Assembly: GCA_964550635.1 (NCBI GenBank)
Contig: CAZJZV010000003.1
Span: 105-64,104, forward strand
Reading direction: 5' to 3'
Length of the DNA stretch: 64,000 nucleotides
From: an uncultured Bacteroidaceae bacterium
GTDB lineage: Bacteria; Bacillota; Clostridia; Christensenellales; CAG-917
Every line of letters begins with the position of its first letter. Within the stretch, counting starts at the first letter, position 1. The notes below the pieces were generated by a model that saw only the letters and a list, made by a program, of their open reading frames with translations, was not told where the DNA came from and searched no databases. A program made the translations under genes and the position numbers. Below, piece by piece: positions 9,301-17,178 of this stretch.

Positions 9301-9682
9301 CCGAGCCGTAGGGCAGGGATTGTTTTTCAATCAGGGTGACTTCGTCGAGCATGAAATAGACGTTGTATTTTTTCGCCGTCCATTGCGCGTACAAGGTTGC
9401 GCCGTTTTCCACGAGTTTGCCGAGTTTCACTGTCCCTTCGCGGTCGAGCGTCCAATACGCAAAATCGTAACCCGTGCGAATAGGCGGAATAAGTCTGCCG
9501 ATATTTTTCGGGTTTATCGTCTTTTCAACGGGCGCGGAGCCGTCATTGTAGTCGAGCACGACCACGACGCTTTCGGTTTGCTCCGTTTGGATTTCGTCCG
9601 AATTGCACGCCACGAGCATACATATGCACGTGATAGTCAGTGCGATAATCAGTGCGAGTTTGAACAGTTTGTTGTTTTTCAT
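3362..9682 (-). CDS. Giant cell-surface lipoprotein (2106 aa) with Listeria-Bacteroides repeats, many MBG (YGX-type) repeats and a C-terminal beta-helix-like region
   Basis: The ORF runs to 9763, but the ATG at 9682 is preceded by GGAGAGGAGGG and opens with MKNNKLFKLALIIALTITCICMLVAC, a signal peptide plus lipobox LVAC. N-terminal modules carry GYDFAYWT / LYAQWT / GYTFIGWKT motifs. More than 15 repeats follow of roughly 80-90 aa with YGD..P / GLxxGD / G.Y.I / NY......G.LTV.K. The last ~480 aa are Gly/Asn/Ser/Thr-rich with short beta-strand periodicity. Confidence 0.85.
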   Translation of the reverse strand: MKNNKLFKLALIIALTITCICMLVACNSDEIQTEQTESVVVVLDYNDGSAPVEKTINPKNIGRLIPPIRTGYDFAYWTLDREGTVKLGKLVENGATLYAQWTAKKYNVYFMLDEVTLIEKQSLPYGSVVTPPSEETIASKLEKDMRFLGWQTDLTDLVVTEETTIYARIGNTSYTVKFQDGDTVVKTIEGGDGDLIAPPSNPAEKDGYTFIGWKTANGKAFESGATISANETYFATYSLIAPSVPAVTDAGDKSFTATYGDGVTLNATVTDDYDGVSYVFTWYIGDEKIGEGNEITVSDLPAGNHSVRCEAVATDGVLTSNKSSAVTPIIITKAVLYASFENINIVYGDNLPEIDFAFNGFVYDDDESVINSTALSFSTSYVALSPVGEYPVSASGLTADNYEIKGETDQGITAKIIVGKKAVTAKSTLGGSKTYDGNAFTKTYATSDFDGLIAGHVLSLFLSTKSASAGDYSDSDVEKTLSIVDENSNDVLQNYAVSFTTAIAIDKADIDYVAPAKLNLAYDGTAHSVIPESLASESGVTYSTALDGTYSTTLSLRNAGDYVVYYKIARANHNEASGSFDVSIAKAKISLTALAQSATYGDTAFALDGTKYQIVGTTYDSLSVKLTTDYAIGDDVGDYSITPALENDTHGAYLNYEVSANDSLLTVNPATLTVAINAITAVYGDAPVFNYTASGLYEADDFADVAYLYIAKGETIVYKSGETFTALAIGGDYAVGASLADGVDNYTLSAGESTLTVSKRSITLTIDDKSVTYGDEIPAFTSAYADDAYTPAVTYSCEYTSASETGDYDITATISDGNYDLTVVKGTLTVEKRAITVKADDTQVVYGNALDFSALTYTVTSGEFVNGDNPTPTYTTDYTAGDCQNATLSVSMTNKNYAFTFEDGNITLTARTATITHENTNVAKTENPYSFSITAYVSGAFAGDVFSGTISTKSAEIGTYDSADDFTASDLKAVNKDGTDVSNLYVFDYILNVVVKEIPIDHTVTNLTHVYDGAAHGATVTAAPDVTATYSYNGTTTANIPTFVNAGTYTINYTLEEEGKTPYQGSFNFVIKARKVTLTAKNLSATYGSAFTVDETYTVGGDGILPADETANVLAISVAMPAANSNAGSYPLSVTYTENSNYEVTTVNGTLTVNPKSVNVSGGNYTTVYGDRAAAYSGYTIDDENARQFITVLPVGYTATNADALKEYSTTATVTSGNYTVATNAVKMTLAARPITVKAKDLTVTYGDQITLSYEVTSGSVVSGDTLAVSFSSLPSENVGNHTINAIDDGNAKYAVTTQSGVVTIKKATLTVTLNDTLQITYGDDFPSFTVSYSGFKKSDGESVIGGTLSVSCPYITKKQAGNLPLTLSGLTADNYEFAYSPATLSVAKAALTLTANSHSAIKYGDDVPAFTYNATGLVAGDTTAILDGKVDFTTNYYKGANVGSYTYNVTCATLNDYVVTIGDAQTLTVEKATYSADAVNVALGKLSLAGTYSPTATLANYSLEGTAFTWQDATVTPTCDKNSVGYPATYCADTLNYLPYNVNVKINLAKATATISPTESASATWNGIVGTDWTGSVINHTSLIGSNLTHNNTDGGSFAYAITSPASKTNVVDGGVYRVRVSLPETTNYSSASTVVTFKVYSVDFGGTHYTVEDALSLVTSGTITLFGNAFIASNASLASGVTFSITGYDADTGDAKTPTYSEGAKTYVDNDASYIKYKLTVLEGVTVNVNGNLIIRGMLGAKGQNLNGHTSGIHSQIINNGIINLNSGSNVGVRGYIKGEGTLAINSGATMYAPFAIIDFRGGTSTVGSYDKGKISPFNEYEMPNVQCRQLIYAGSSVVAYADLYANSSHNSTTAIMIATSKALLNLTSGYIEKIYVAGGLENGKTTLNIHGDVTSGSLSMSLTVFLTPTTIDTSGVFFPVNYRYSLNLLSGTATVKSRFKFLPGSSLYIAPGTTLNLDTSNKIDSQLTFYKDSDWNDSIPFSGIRAYPDGKGDAIFTLAGTMNLQKSTKDSGLFSSDYYYSGFGGEIHAENGATVTVASDSVLSITTSEGYGASAGTEIWNKLNAEYHETASIAKTALLVNADNSTTPLTTSKTFTYNGTVWS

Positions 9683-9728
9683 AGTACCCTCCTCTCCCCT
9701 GAGTAGGTATGGTTGGATGCCATAGTCT

Positions 9729-12700
9729 TTAGTTTTTAGGTTTTGATTCGCTCGTCCCGTCAAACATCACGAATCTAAAGTCTTGCGTGCCTGCCGCGAG
9801 CGGTAGCAATTCGCCTTGACGTTTGAGTTTTTCGGTCTTTTGCGGGTCGCTTGTTTCGGCGTTTTTGAGAACGCCTATATTGATATTGTATTGTTGCATT
9901 TGTTCGGACGTACAATGGCGCGTATCGAGCACGGAGTAGTTTTTGCCGCCGCCGTAGAACGCTATCCCGCCGTGTACGTAGGTCGTATCGTTGTAGTTGT
10001 AGAGAATGTGCTCATACCCCGACAACGCCTTCACCGCGCTTATCATCTCGCCCACGTCCAAGGACAAGAACGCAAGGTTTTGTTGGGATGAGTTTATGTT
10101 CGTTTCGATGAGCGTCGAACTGTCCACCGAACTCAAATCCTTCCAGTTGTCAAGGACGACGTCCCCAACCATATGCAATACGGCGGGGTAGCTCGTGCCC
10201 GCAAGCCCCGTCCAACCGTTGAGATTGAAAGACGATCCGCCGTCGAGCATAACCCCCGAGAAGTGACTTTCCATACCGATTGCGAACAGTCCGCTTGTGG
10301 ATAGCGTGCTATCTTTCAGTGTGACGTCGGTGAGAACGTGGTTATTCACGAAATATTCGTCGTTGATATAGTCGTCGCAAGCGGACGAGTTGTAGGCGGT
10401 ATACTCATTGCCGTTGCCGTCGTAGAAGGACGGGGAAGTGGTTTCGGGGTTATCGCCCACGAGTTTTCCGCGCTTTATGCGGTTCGTGCCCGTCTTCAAG
10501 ATGAACTCTCTCGCGTTTTGCAGACGGCATCCGTCTATCGTTACGTAGATTTTTTCTTGCTCTACGTTCACCGCGCCGTTCAGGTCTATTCCATATTTCC
10601 CGTGCGCGCGCACGACCGTCCTACCGTTCTTGATACGACAATTCTTGATGGTAGCGTCGTTCATCAGTTCAAGGGTAGTGCCGGTATTGTTGAGCAGATT
10701 GAGTTCGATGCGGTCGTCGTTATATAGGGATTCGTCGTTGCATCCCGCAAGCACCACGTTGTCAAGGGTGATGCCTTTCTTGCGGATAAGGAAGCATACG
10801 TTGTCCTGTCCCTTGACGGACGCGACGTCCACACCGCCTACGCTCGCCGCCACGAAGTTCAAAGGTCCTCTGAACACCGCGTAATCGCGCAGATTGCCCG
10901 TCGAGTCGAACATATGGGTGATATATTCCGCATTGATGACGTGTCCGTTGCCGTATGCGTTTGCGTTGAATTCGTAGCAGTAGCGGAGTTTCGCCATTGA
11001 CTTTGCGTTGTCGCCGTACACGTTATAGTAGTATTGACTGTCGAAAGTGGTGTCCATTTCCTTAGTGGAAGAAAGGAGTTTCGAGCGCATAGTTGCGTCG
11101 TTATATTTTGCTTTTCCGTTTTCGTCGAAGAGATTTTCGCCGAGATACACGTCGTTTTCAAGGACTATTTGTTCTCCGTTATCGCTTGCGCGCATAAGCC
11201 CCGCGTAGTCGGACACGTACACGCCGTCAACCGCGTTGAAAGTGATGGTGGCGGGTTTGACGTTGAAACGCTCACCGTATTTCCAACTTGCCGAAATCGT
11301 GACGAGTCCGTTCCCCTTGACGATAAATTCGATGCCCGTAGGTTTCGCGATTACGCTTGCCAAACTTTCGTTGTCCGAGCGGAAGATAAGGTCGTCGAAA
11401 GAATTGATTTCTTCCACCGCCTTGTCGCCGTTGAGTACGCTGTTATAAAGCTTTGCTTTATAGTTTGCTTCCACCGCATTACCGCTTCCGTCGTATCTGC
11501 GGTTTGCAATCGCGAGAGCGCCCAGTCCGTAGGTCGTGATAGACTCCTTGAACATCAACGACGTGTAGGGTTTCGTGACGATGAGCGTCCTTGTTATCAC
11601 ACCGCTTGCGACGACGGTATCTCCGTCGAGTTTGTTCCAATTTATGCGGAGAGTGGTTTTGCCTGATTTCAATGCGCTCAAGGTGCAAACGTCCGCATTT
11701 TGTTCGTCAATCCCCGCAATAGTCGTATCGTCGACGCTCCAATCGTAAGTCAGATTATCGTCGGGCTCACAGGACACGGTAAATTCCGTTTCCTTGTTTT
11801 CGAGAGCGACGAGGTCCGCTTTTCCGTCGAGATTGCCGAATGAGTTGACCGCAAAATCGTACTGCGAGAAAGCGACTTTGAAGAAGTATTTAGTGCTTTC
11901 CCCAATCGACACGCTCCAAAGCACCGACTTTTCTTCGGTTACGGCGTCGTCGAGAGTGACGTCGATTGCGTATGCGCTGTCCCCGACGTCAGTGAGTTTT
12001 TTGACGGAGTAAGAGCAAGTAGTGATACCGCTTGAAAGGGTGATATTTTCCGCCAACGTACTTTTTGCGTCGACGTACAGGGTGAATGATTTAGTATTTA
12101 GCGGTGCGCGCAAAGTATGTGCGTCTGCAGAAATCGTCGCACCTTCGTTTCCGTTGACGGAAACCGCGTACGGATTTTCGACGGACAGTTCAATCGTCTT
12201 GACGTCCACGTCCCCGAATGCGTTGACAACGCTCATAGTGAGAGTGGTATTCGTTTCAAAATAGGCGGACGTTTTTCCGCTGACGGAATTGAGTTTGACC
12301 GCGTTTTCGTTTGTGACCGCGTATTTAGGACGGATATTCGTCACCGTTTGCGGATAGTATTCTCCGCCAAGCACAAAACTTCCGACCGAGAGCGTTGCGG
12401 AATACACGTTATTTCCCTTATCCGTCAGGGCGATTTTCTCACCCGAAGCGTCCTTTATCACAGGGGAGTAACTGATGACGCCGCTTGACGCTACGTTGAA
12501 AATCACGCTATCCGCATAACCGCCGTCGTCGCTGGTGTAGGTAAGTTTTGCAACCCCCACGTCGTTGAGTGCGAAAGAGCCGTCCTCGTTTTTGCTGACA
12601 ATATCCGTTGCTTCCCCGGTATTTGCGTCGGTGATTGACAGGGAGAAGTTTCTGTTTTTAGCCTTATAGGGCAGGACTTCAACGCCGAGGTCGCTTTCAT

Positions 12701-12881
12701 ACAACGGGGAGGCGTAGTTTGCAATATCGAATGAGAAAACGCCGTCGTCTCCTTTATTCGTGATTGAAATACCGCTTGCGGGAATGGCGGCGGATACGAC
12801 CGATGCGCTCGTTATTGCGAAGAGTGCAATCAGAAACAGAAGGGGTAAAATTACCATAAGTGCGGTCACCGTCTTTTTCAT
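9729..12881 (-). CDS. Secreted 1050-aa protein with Ig-like N-terminal modules and a right-handed beta-helix-like C-terminal region
   Basis: RBS GGAGG lies inside the 3' end of the upstream permease gene. Signal peptide MKKTVTALMVILPLLFLIALFAITSASVVSA. The middle and C-terminal parts carry beta-helix style motifs (ITLDNVVLAGCNDE, TLELMNDATIKNCRIKNGRTVVRAHG, VTIDGCRLQNA). Confidence 0.8.
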   Translation of the reverse strand: MKKTVTALMVILPLLFLIALFAITSASVVSAAIPASGISITNKGDDGVFSFDIANYASPLYESDLGVEVLPYKAKNRNFSLSITDANTGEATDIVSKNEDGSFALNDVGVAKLTYTSDDGGYADSVIFNVASSGVISYSPVIKDASGEKIALTDKGNNVYSATLSVGSFVLGGEYYPQTVTNIRPKYAVTNENAVKLNSVSGKTSAYFETNTTLTMSVVNAFGDVDVKTIELSVENPYAVSVNGNEGATISADAHTLRAPLNTKSFTLYVDAKSTLAENITLSSGITTCSYSVKKLTDVGDSAYAIDVTLDDAVTEEKSVLWSVSIGESTKYFFKVAFSQYDFAVNSFGNLDGKADLVALENKETEFTVSCEPDDNLTYDWSVDDTTIAGIDEQNADVCTLSALKSGKTTLRINWNKLDGDTVVASGVITRTLIVTKPYTSLMFKESITTYGLGALAIANRRYDGSGNAVEANYKAKLYNSVLNGDKAVEEINSFDDLIFRSDNESLASVIAKPTGIEFIVKGNGLVTISASWKYGERFNVKPATITFNAVDGVYVSDYAGLMRASDNGEQIVLENDVYLGENLFDENGKAKYNDATMRSKLLSSTKEMDTTFDSQYYYNVYGDNAKSMAKLRYCYEFNANAYGNGHVINAEYITHMFDSTGNLRDYAVFRGPLNFVAASVGGVDVASVKGQDNVCFLIRKKGITLDNVVLAGCNDESLYNDDRIELNLLNNTGTTLELMNDATIKNCRIKNGRTVVRAHGKYGIDLNGAVNVEQEKIYVTIDGCRLQNAREFILKTGTNRIKRGKLVGDNPETTSPSFYDGNGNEYTAYNSSACDDYINDEYFVNNHVLTDVTLKDSTLSTSGLFAIGMESHFSGVMLDGGSSFNLNGWTGLAGTSYPAVLHMVGDVVLDNWKDLSSVDSSTLIETNINSSQQNLAFLSLDVGEMISAVKALSGYEHILYNYNDTTYVHGGIAFYGGGKNYSVLDTRHCTSEQMQQYNINIGVLKNAETSDPQKTEKLKRQGELLPLAAGTQDFRFVMFDGTSESKPKN

Positions 12882-12882
12882 A

Positions 12883-14568
12883 TCAGTCCTCCGAGTCGAG
12901 ATTTGCGTAGGTTTTCTTCAGGTTTGCGAAGAAGTAACCCACCGCACAACAAAGCAGTCCGAAAGGCACGCATAAAGCAATAGCGTAACTTGACGCTTTG
13001 TCCGCCACTTGCACCTGCTCTCCGCCGAAAAGGGGAGCGAATGCGGTGAATAGCAGAGCGAATCCAATCACGAAACTCGTCGCCAAACCGAGAAGAATGA
13101 CGACGGATACGGTTGAATTGTTTTCTTTGATTTCTCCGTCTTGCGCGCGCGAGAAATGGGGGTGGCGCAAGTCGAGCTTGGTTGCGGTTATTATCTGCGC
13201 AACCGCATAAAACGATGCCGCAAGGAAGGTGAGAGTCGCTTTAACTCCGCTTTCTATGCCGGTAGCGTAAAGGACGATACACGCAATAAGCGCACTGACC
13301 TCCGCCACTATCGCGCAGAAAGTGATTTTCGCGCCGAGAATTTTCGCGGGGGAGAAAGGCAGAGTCTTTTGAGTCATACACATATATCCGTCGCGAGAAA
13401 TATTCGTCGAGCAGAAAGTGTTTGTGAGCATCGAGTAGAGAATGACGATGAAAGTGCAAATCTCAAAGGACAAATTCGCATTTCCGAGAAGTCCCGCCAC
13501 CATACTTTCCGCCATTTGCGCGGAGTAATACGCCATGACGGGCATGACCGCCGCGGTCGTGAGATACATATATGCGTAGGACGGAGTGCGGAGCACGAGC
13601 AAAAATTCCTTGTCGAGCAACGCGCCGAAACGGGATAGTTTGACGAATTTTTCCTTTTGTTTGGGTGCGTGCGGGACGTGAATAGACAGGTTGGAGTGCG
13701 AAACGCGTATGAATATTGCATGCACGACCAAAAGGCATATCGCAAGTGCGCCCACTGAAATTCCGATGAGAATGCCGATGTTTTTCCCTATATCCCTGCC
13801 GAGCATGAGAGATGCAAACAAATTGGCGGGGTAGTTGAATTTTGTGAAGTTGATGATGCCGTTCATCACGTTTTCATTGAATAGCGATGAGATTTTGCCC
13901 GTCGCAAACAGACTTTGCGCCACGTCGAAAACGAAAGAATACCCCCAACAAAACAGGGCGGTGAGTGCGGTCATCGTCGCGAACGCAAGGATATAGTGTG
14001 AGTTGACGAGCCGTTTGAGATAGTAGAAGGGCAGGACGATAATGGATGCAATTCCGAGCGGAATTATGGGTATGAAAATCGCAACCAAAAACGTGCCTAT
14101 AATGCGGGGTACCGTCACGACGTCCGCCACAATCAAAAACGTGAAGTTGAGAGTGGGTACGCAGATGAGAGCAAGCAAAACTTGCTTGAAAAACACCGCG
14201 GTCAGTTTTGAAAGGAAGATTTCCGTCCCCGAAAAGGGCATAGTGATGAGAATGTTCAGGTCGCTGTTTTCAAACAACTCGTGACTGAGAGAAGACACCG
14301 CACTCAAAACGAAAATTATCATCAACATAAAGTAGCCAAGGGACATAATTTCATACTGACGCGCCTGAATATCCAACACGCGATTTATCTTTATGGCGGT
14401 GTAGGTGTCGATAAACTTCGATGCGACGAAAACGAAAATCGCAACCATAGCGCCGATGAGCGCAATAGTCAAAAATGCTCTCGCAAGGACGGGCGCAATC
14501 TTATTTCGAGAGCGCGCGGGCAATGCGTCGAGCATTTGTTTTTTCAGAAGAAGTGCGTATTTAGTCAT
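12883..14568 (-). CDS. ABC exporter permease (about 12 TM helices)
   Basis: 561-aa, highly hydrophobic ORF. Its start overlaps the ATPase gene stop by 8 nt. Its stop lies 1 nt before the start of the next gene. Confidence 0.75.
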   Translation of the reverse strand: MTKYALLLKKQMLDALPARSRNKIAPVLARAFLTIALIGAMVAIFVFVASKFIDTYTAIKINRVLDIQARQYEIMSLGYFMLMIIFVLSAVSSLSHELFENSDLNILITMPFSGTEIFLSKLTAVFFKQVLLALICVPTLNFTFLIVADVVTVPRIIGTFLVAIFIPIIPLGIASIIVLPFYYLKRLVNSHYILAFATMTALTALFCWGYSFVFDVAQSLFATGKISSLFNENVMNGIINFTKFNYPANLFASLMLGRDIGKNIGILIGISVGALAICLLVVHAIFIRVSHSNLSIHVPHAPKQKEKFVKLSRFGALLDKEFLLVLRTPSYAYMYLTTAAVMPVMAYYSAQMAESMVAGLLGNANLSFEICTFIVILYSMLTNTFCSTNISRDGYMCMTQKTLPFSPAKILGAKITFCAIVAEVSALIACIVLYATGIESGVKATLTFLAASFYAVAQIITATKLDLRHPHFSRAQDGEIKENNSTVSVVILLGLATSFVIGFALLFTAFAPLFGGEQVQVADKASSYAIALCVPFGLLCCAVGYFFANLKKTYANLDSED

Positions 14569-15328
14569 TCTCGTTATCCTTTCTTGCGCGAGTTAGGAAG
14601 TATTCTTCGAGATTGACGTCGGGGTGGTCGTGCGCAAAGTCGTCGAAATAGAAGTCGTCCGTTTTCACTCCGTCCTGAATGATGACCGCGCGGTCGCATA
14701 GTTTTTGCACGGAGTTTATGTTGTGGGACGAGAAAAGGATACAATTTCCTTCGGATGCATATTCTTTCATAAATTCGCACACTCTTGCATTCGTAGCGGG
14801 GTCCAATCCGATCATAGGTTCATCGAGAATCCATAACGCAGGATTGTGGATAAGACTCCCCATCATACAAATTTTTTGGCGCATACCGTGGGAGTAGTCG
14901 TTGATTGTGTCGAGAAGTCTGTCCCCAAGCCCGAAAACTTCTTCGAGTTTTTGAAGTCGAGAACGCCTGTCCACAACGCTCACGCCGTATGCGTTCGCCA
15001 TAAAATTGATATATTGAATGCCCGTGAGTTTGACGAAAACGTCGTGCTTGTCGCTCACGTAGCCGAAAGTGCGTTTTGCCTTGACGGGTTCTTTCGCAAT
15101 GTCGAAACCGTTGATTGTGATACTTCCGCTTGAATAGGGCAGTATGCCCGTGACGCATTTGAGAGTGGTGGATTTCCCCGCGCCGTTGTGACCGAGAAGT
15201 CCTACGATTTCACCGGGGTAACAAGATATGCTCAAATCGTCCACTGCTTTTCTTTTTGCAGACGGATATTGCTTGCAAAGATTTTCAATAATTAAAGACG
15301 GCTTTTCGTCGGAGTGTTGATTTTTCAT
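14561..15328 (-). CDS. ABC transporter ATP-binding protein
   Basis: Walker A GHNGAGKST, a signature-like YSHGMRQK, Walker B LWILDEPMIGLD, and an H-loop SSHN. Length 255 aa. Confidence 0.9.
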   Translation of the reverse strand: MKNQHSDEKPSLIIENLCKQYPSAKRKAVDDLSISCYPGEIVGLLGHNGAGKSTTLKCVTGILPYSSGSITINGFDIAKEPVKAKRTFGYVSDKHDVFVKLTGIQYINFMANAYGVSVVDRRSRLQKLEEVFGLGDRLLDTINDYSHGMRQKICMMGSLIHNPALWILDEPMIGLDPATNARVCEFMKEYASEGNCILFSSHNINSVQKLCDRAVIIQDGVKTDDFYFDDFAHDHPDVNLEEYFLTRARKDNEND

Positions 15329-15543
15329 TTTTTTCTCTTTGGTTATGCATATTATGCGCCGTCGCGCACCAATTTATAAATCTCCCCATACATGCCGTCG
15401 CACAGTGTATTAAATATATCATATATATTATTTATGGCAGAAATGTTACATTTTGTTACATATGGGCGCGGTCGGGGGGGTTATACTTAAAATAACGCTA
15501 TACTTATGGTTGAATTTTCCGTCCGACCGACGAAAAAACGGGT

Positions 15544-15563
15544 TTTCAAGAATTTTCTTGAAA
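15544..15563. promoter_or_regulatory. Operator-like perfect palindrome TTTCAAGAA-TT-TTCTTGAAA
   Basis: 9-bp perfect inverted repeat with a 2-nt centre, too tight for an RNA hairpin. It lies in the divergent region between the ABC operon and the O-antigen-ligase-like gene. Confidence 0.5.
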
Positions 15564-15575
15564 GTCGTGAAAAAA

Positions 15576-15604
15576 ATGAAAAATCATGAAAAATCATGAA
15601 AATA
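15576..15604. repeat. Three tandem 10-bp units ATGAAAAATC (helically phased A-tracts)
   Basis: ATGAAAAATC at 15576-15585 and 15586-15595, and ATGAAAATA at 15596-15604. It lies 36 nt upstream of the ATG at 15641. Confidence 0.8.
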
Positions 15605-15640
15605 CGCGGATAATAAATTGAAAACGAGTAGGAGATTTAT

Positions 15641-17128
15641 ATGACAAGAGCAAAGGAAATCTATTTGAATTTTGAAAAGAAGGCAAGGGAGTTTTTATAC
15701 ACCGACGCTTATATCTTGTTGGTGCTTGCAATCGTGCTTATCGCATGGCTTGCGCAAAATTCCACCTTTGGCTTCGTTGCGCTCATTCTCGTGTCTTGCG
15801 TTGCGCTTGTCGTATCCGACGATATAATCCCGCTCACCGTCAACATTTTCGGCGCGCCCCTTATGATTTTCGACGATAGCGTTTCGTCCTTTGTCTATCT
15901 TTGGCCGACGTTTATACCCCTCGTGCTTGCGATAGCGGTTTTCGTCGTGCGCAACGTGAAAAACAAAATCGCACGCAAAAAATTCGTTATGGGCAAAATG
16001 TTCTTCCCCCAAATCTGCGTGAGTATCGCCCTGCTTTTAGGCGGTGCGGAAATTGTCGAAAAGAGCAACTATCTCGACGCACTTCCCATATGTATAGCAC
16101 TTGGAATCGGTGTTCTATTCGTCTATTTGCTCTATTGCAACTTCGCCAAAACCGAGAATAATATCGACGTATACGCCTACTTTGCAAAGGTGCTTATGTT
16201 CATCGGAGTGGCGGTGGGCATCGAACTTGTCGCACTCATCGTCCGCACCGGAGTGAGCCCTAGCGGTTGGAGCGCGTACGGCGGTTGGAATACCGGTTGG
16301 GGCAACCGCAATAACGTCGCAACTTTCCTTTTGATGTGCGCACCTATGGGGATATATCTTTCCACCAAAAGACGTTTCCCGATAGTATATATTTTGATTT
16401 CCACGTTTGAATACGCTTGCCTTATTATGACCTTGTCCCGCGGTGGAATTTTGTTCGGCGCAATAGCGGGGATTTTCGCTCTCGTTTTCAGCATCGTCAA
16501 GGCAAACGATAGGAAAAAACAAATCATCTCGTGGGCGGTCGTTGTCGTTGCGGTAGGCATCATACTTGTCGTTTTCAAGGACTTGACCGCGGGCGTCGTC
16601 GAGAGCATACTCAACAGAGTGAACGTGGAAGGGGACTATACGTCGGGCAGGTTTGACCTGTATAGAGAAGCGTGGGAACTCTTCAAACAATATCCCGTCG
16701 TCGGCGGCGGTATGGGACACGTCGGCACGAACGCAGGTATGAAAAACGATATGGGACTATATTGGTTCCACTCCACGCTTTTCCAAATTCTCGGTTGTAT
16801 GGGACTTGTCGGCATGCTTGCCTACGGCTACTACTACGCCACGAAAATCTACCTTCTCATCAAAAAACGCAAAAGCACTTTTGCACTGTTCATCCTTGCG
16901 ATATGGATAGGATTTGAAGGTTACTCCATGATAGATACCGGCACGATGACTCCCTTCCCCAACATGATGCTCATCATGATCACCACCTACATGCTGGAAA
17001 TCACCGAAGTCGGCAAATCCGAATGCCCCATAGTCGGCATGACCGAAGACACCTACAAAAACGCAATCTACCGCCGCGAACTCCCCGCAGAAAACACCCT
17101 CCGCATAGATCCGCATAGGGTTGACTAA
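15641..17128 (+). CDS. O-antigen ligase/polymerase (Wzy_C)-like polytopic membrane protein
   Basis: RBS AGGAG. 495 aa with at least 10 TM helices. Central motif LIMTLSRGGILFGAIAG, then a loop GRFDLYREAWELFKQYPVVGGGMGH typical of the family. Confidence 0.75.
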   Translation: MTRAKEIYLNFEKKAREFLYTDAYILLVLAIVLIAWLAQNSTFGFVALILVSCVALVVSDDIIPLTVNIFGAPLMIFDDSVSSFVYLWPTFIPLVLAIAVFVVRNVKNKIARKKFVMGKMFFPQICVSIALLLGGAEIVEKSNYLDALPICIALGIGVLFVYLLYCNFAKTENNIDVYAYFAKVLMFIGVAVGIELVALIVRTGVSPSGWSAYGGWNTGWGNRNNVATFLLMCAPMGIYLSTKRRFPIVYILISTFEYACLIMTLSRGGILFGAIAGIFALVFSIVKANDRKKQIISWAVVVVAVGIILVVFKDLTAGVVESILNRVNVEGDYTSGRFDLYREAWELFKQYPVVGGGMGHVGTNAGMKNDMGLYWFHSTLFQILGCMGLVGMLAYGYYYATKIYLLIKKRKSTFALFILAIWIGFEGYSMIDTGTMTPFPNMMLIMITTYMLEITEVGKSECPIVGMTEDTYKNAIYRRELPAENTLRIDPHRVD

Positions 17129-17178
17129 TTGCCATAGAAAAGCATATAATTGGCTTGAAATTGTGTTTGGGGAACAAC

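Noticed and set aside
9683-9763. 27-codon N-terminal extension of the giant surface protein in the ORF track
   Set aside because: The internal ATG at 9682 has a strong GGAGAGGAGGG RBS and starts directly with a lipoprotein signal peptide. The extension would bury the signal and overlaps the 3' end of the upstream gene.
17155-17178. TTG start of the MacB-type ABC gene given by the ORF track
   Set aside because: The extra 8 codons (MKLCLGNN) add nothing conserved. ABC ATPases usually begin a few residues before the first beta-strand (MFTVNNVTKIYK). Either start remains possible.
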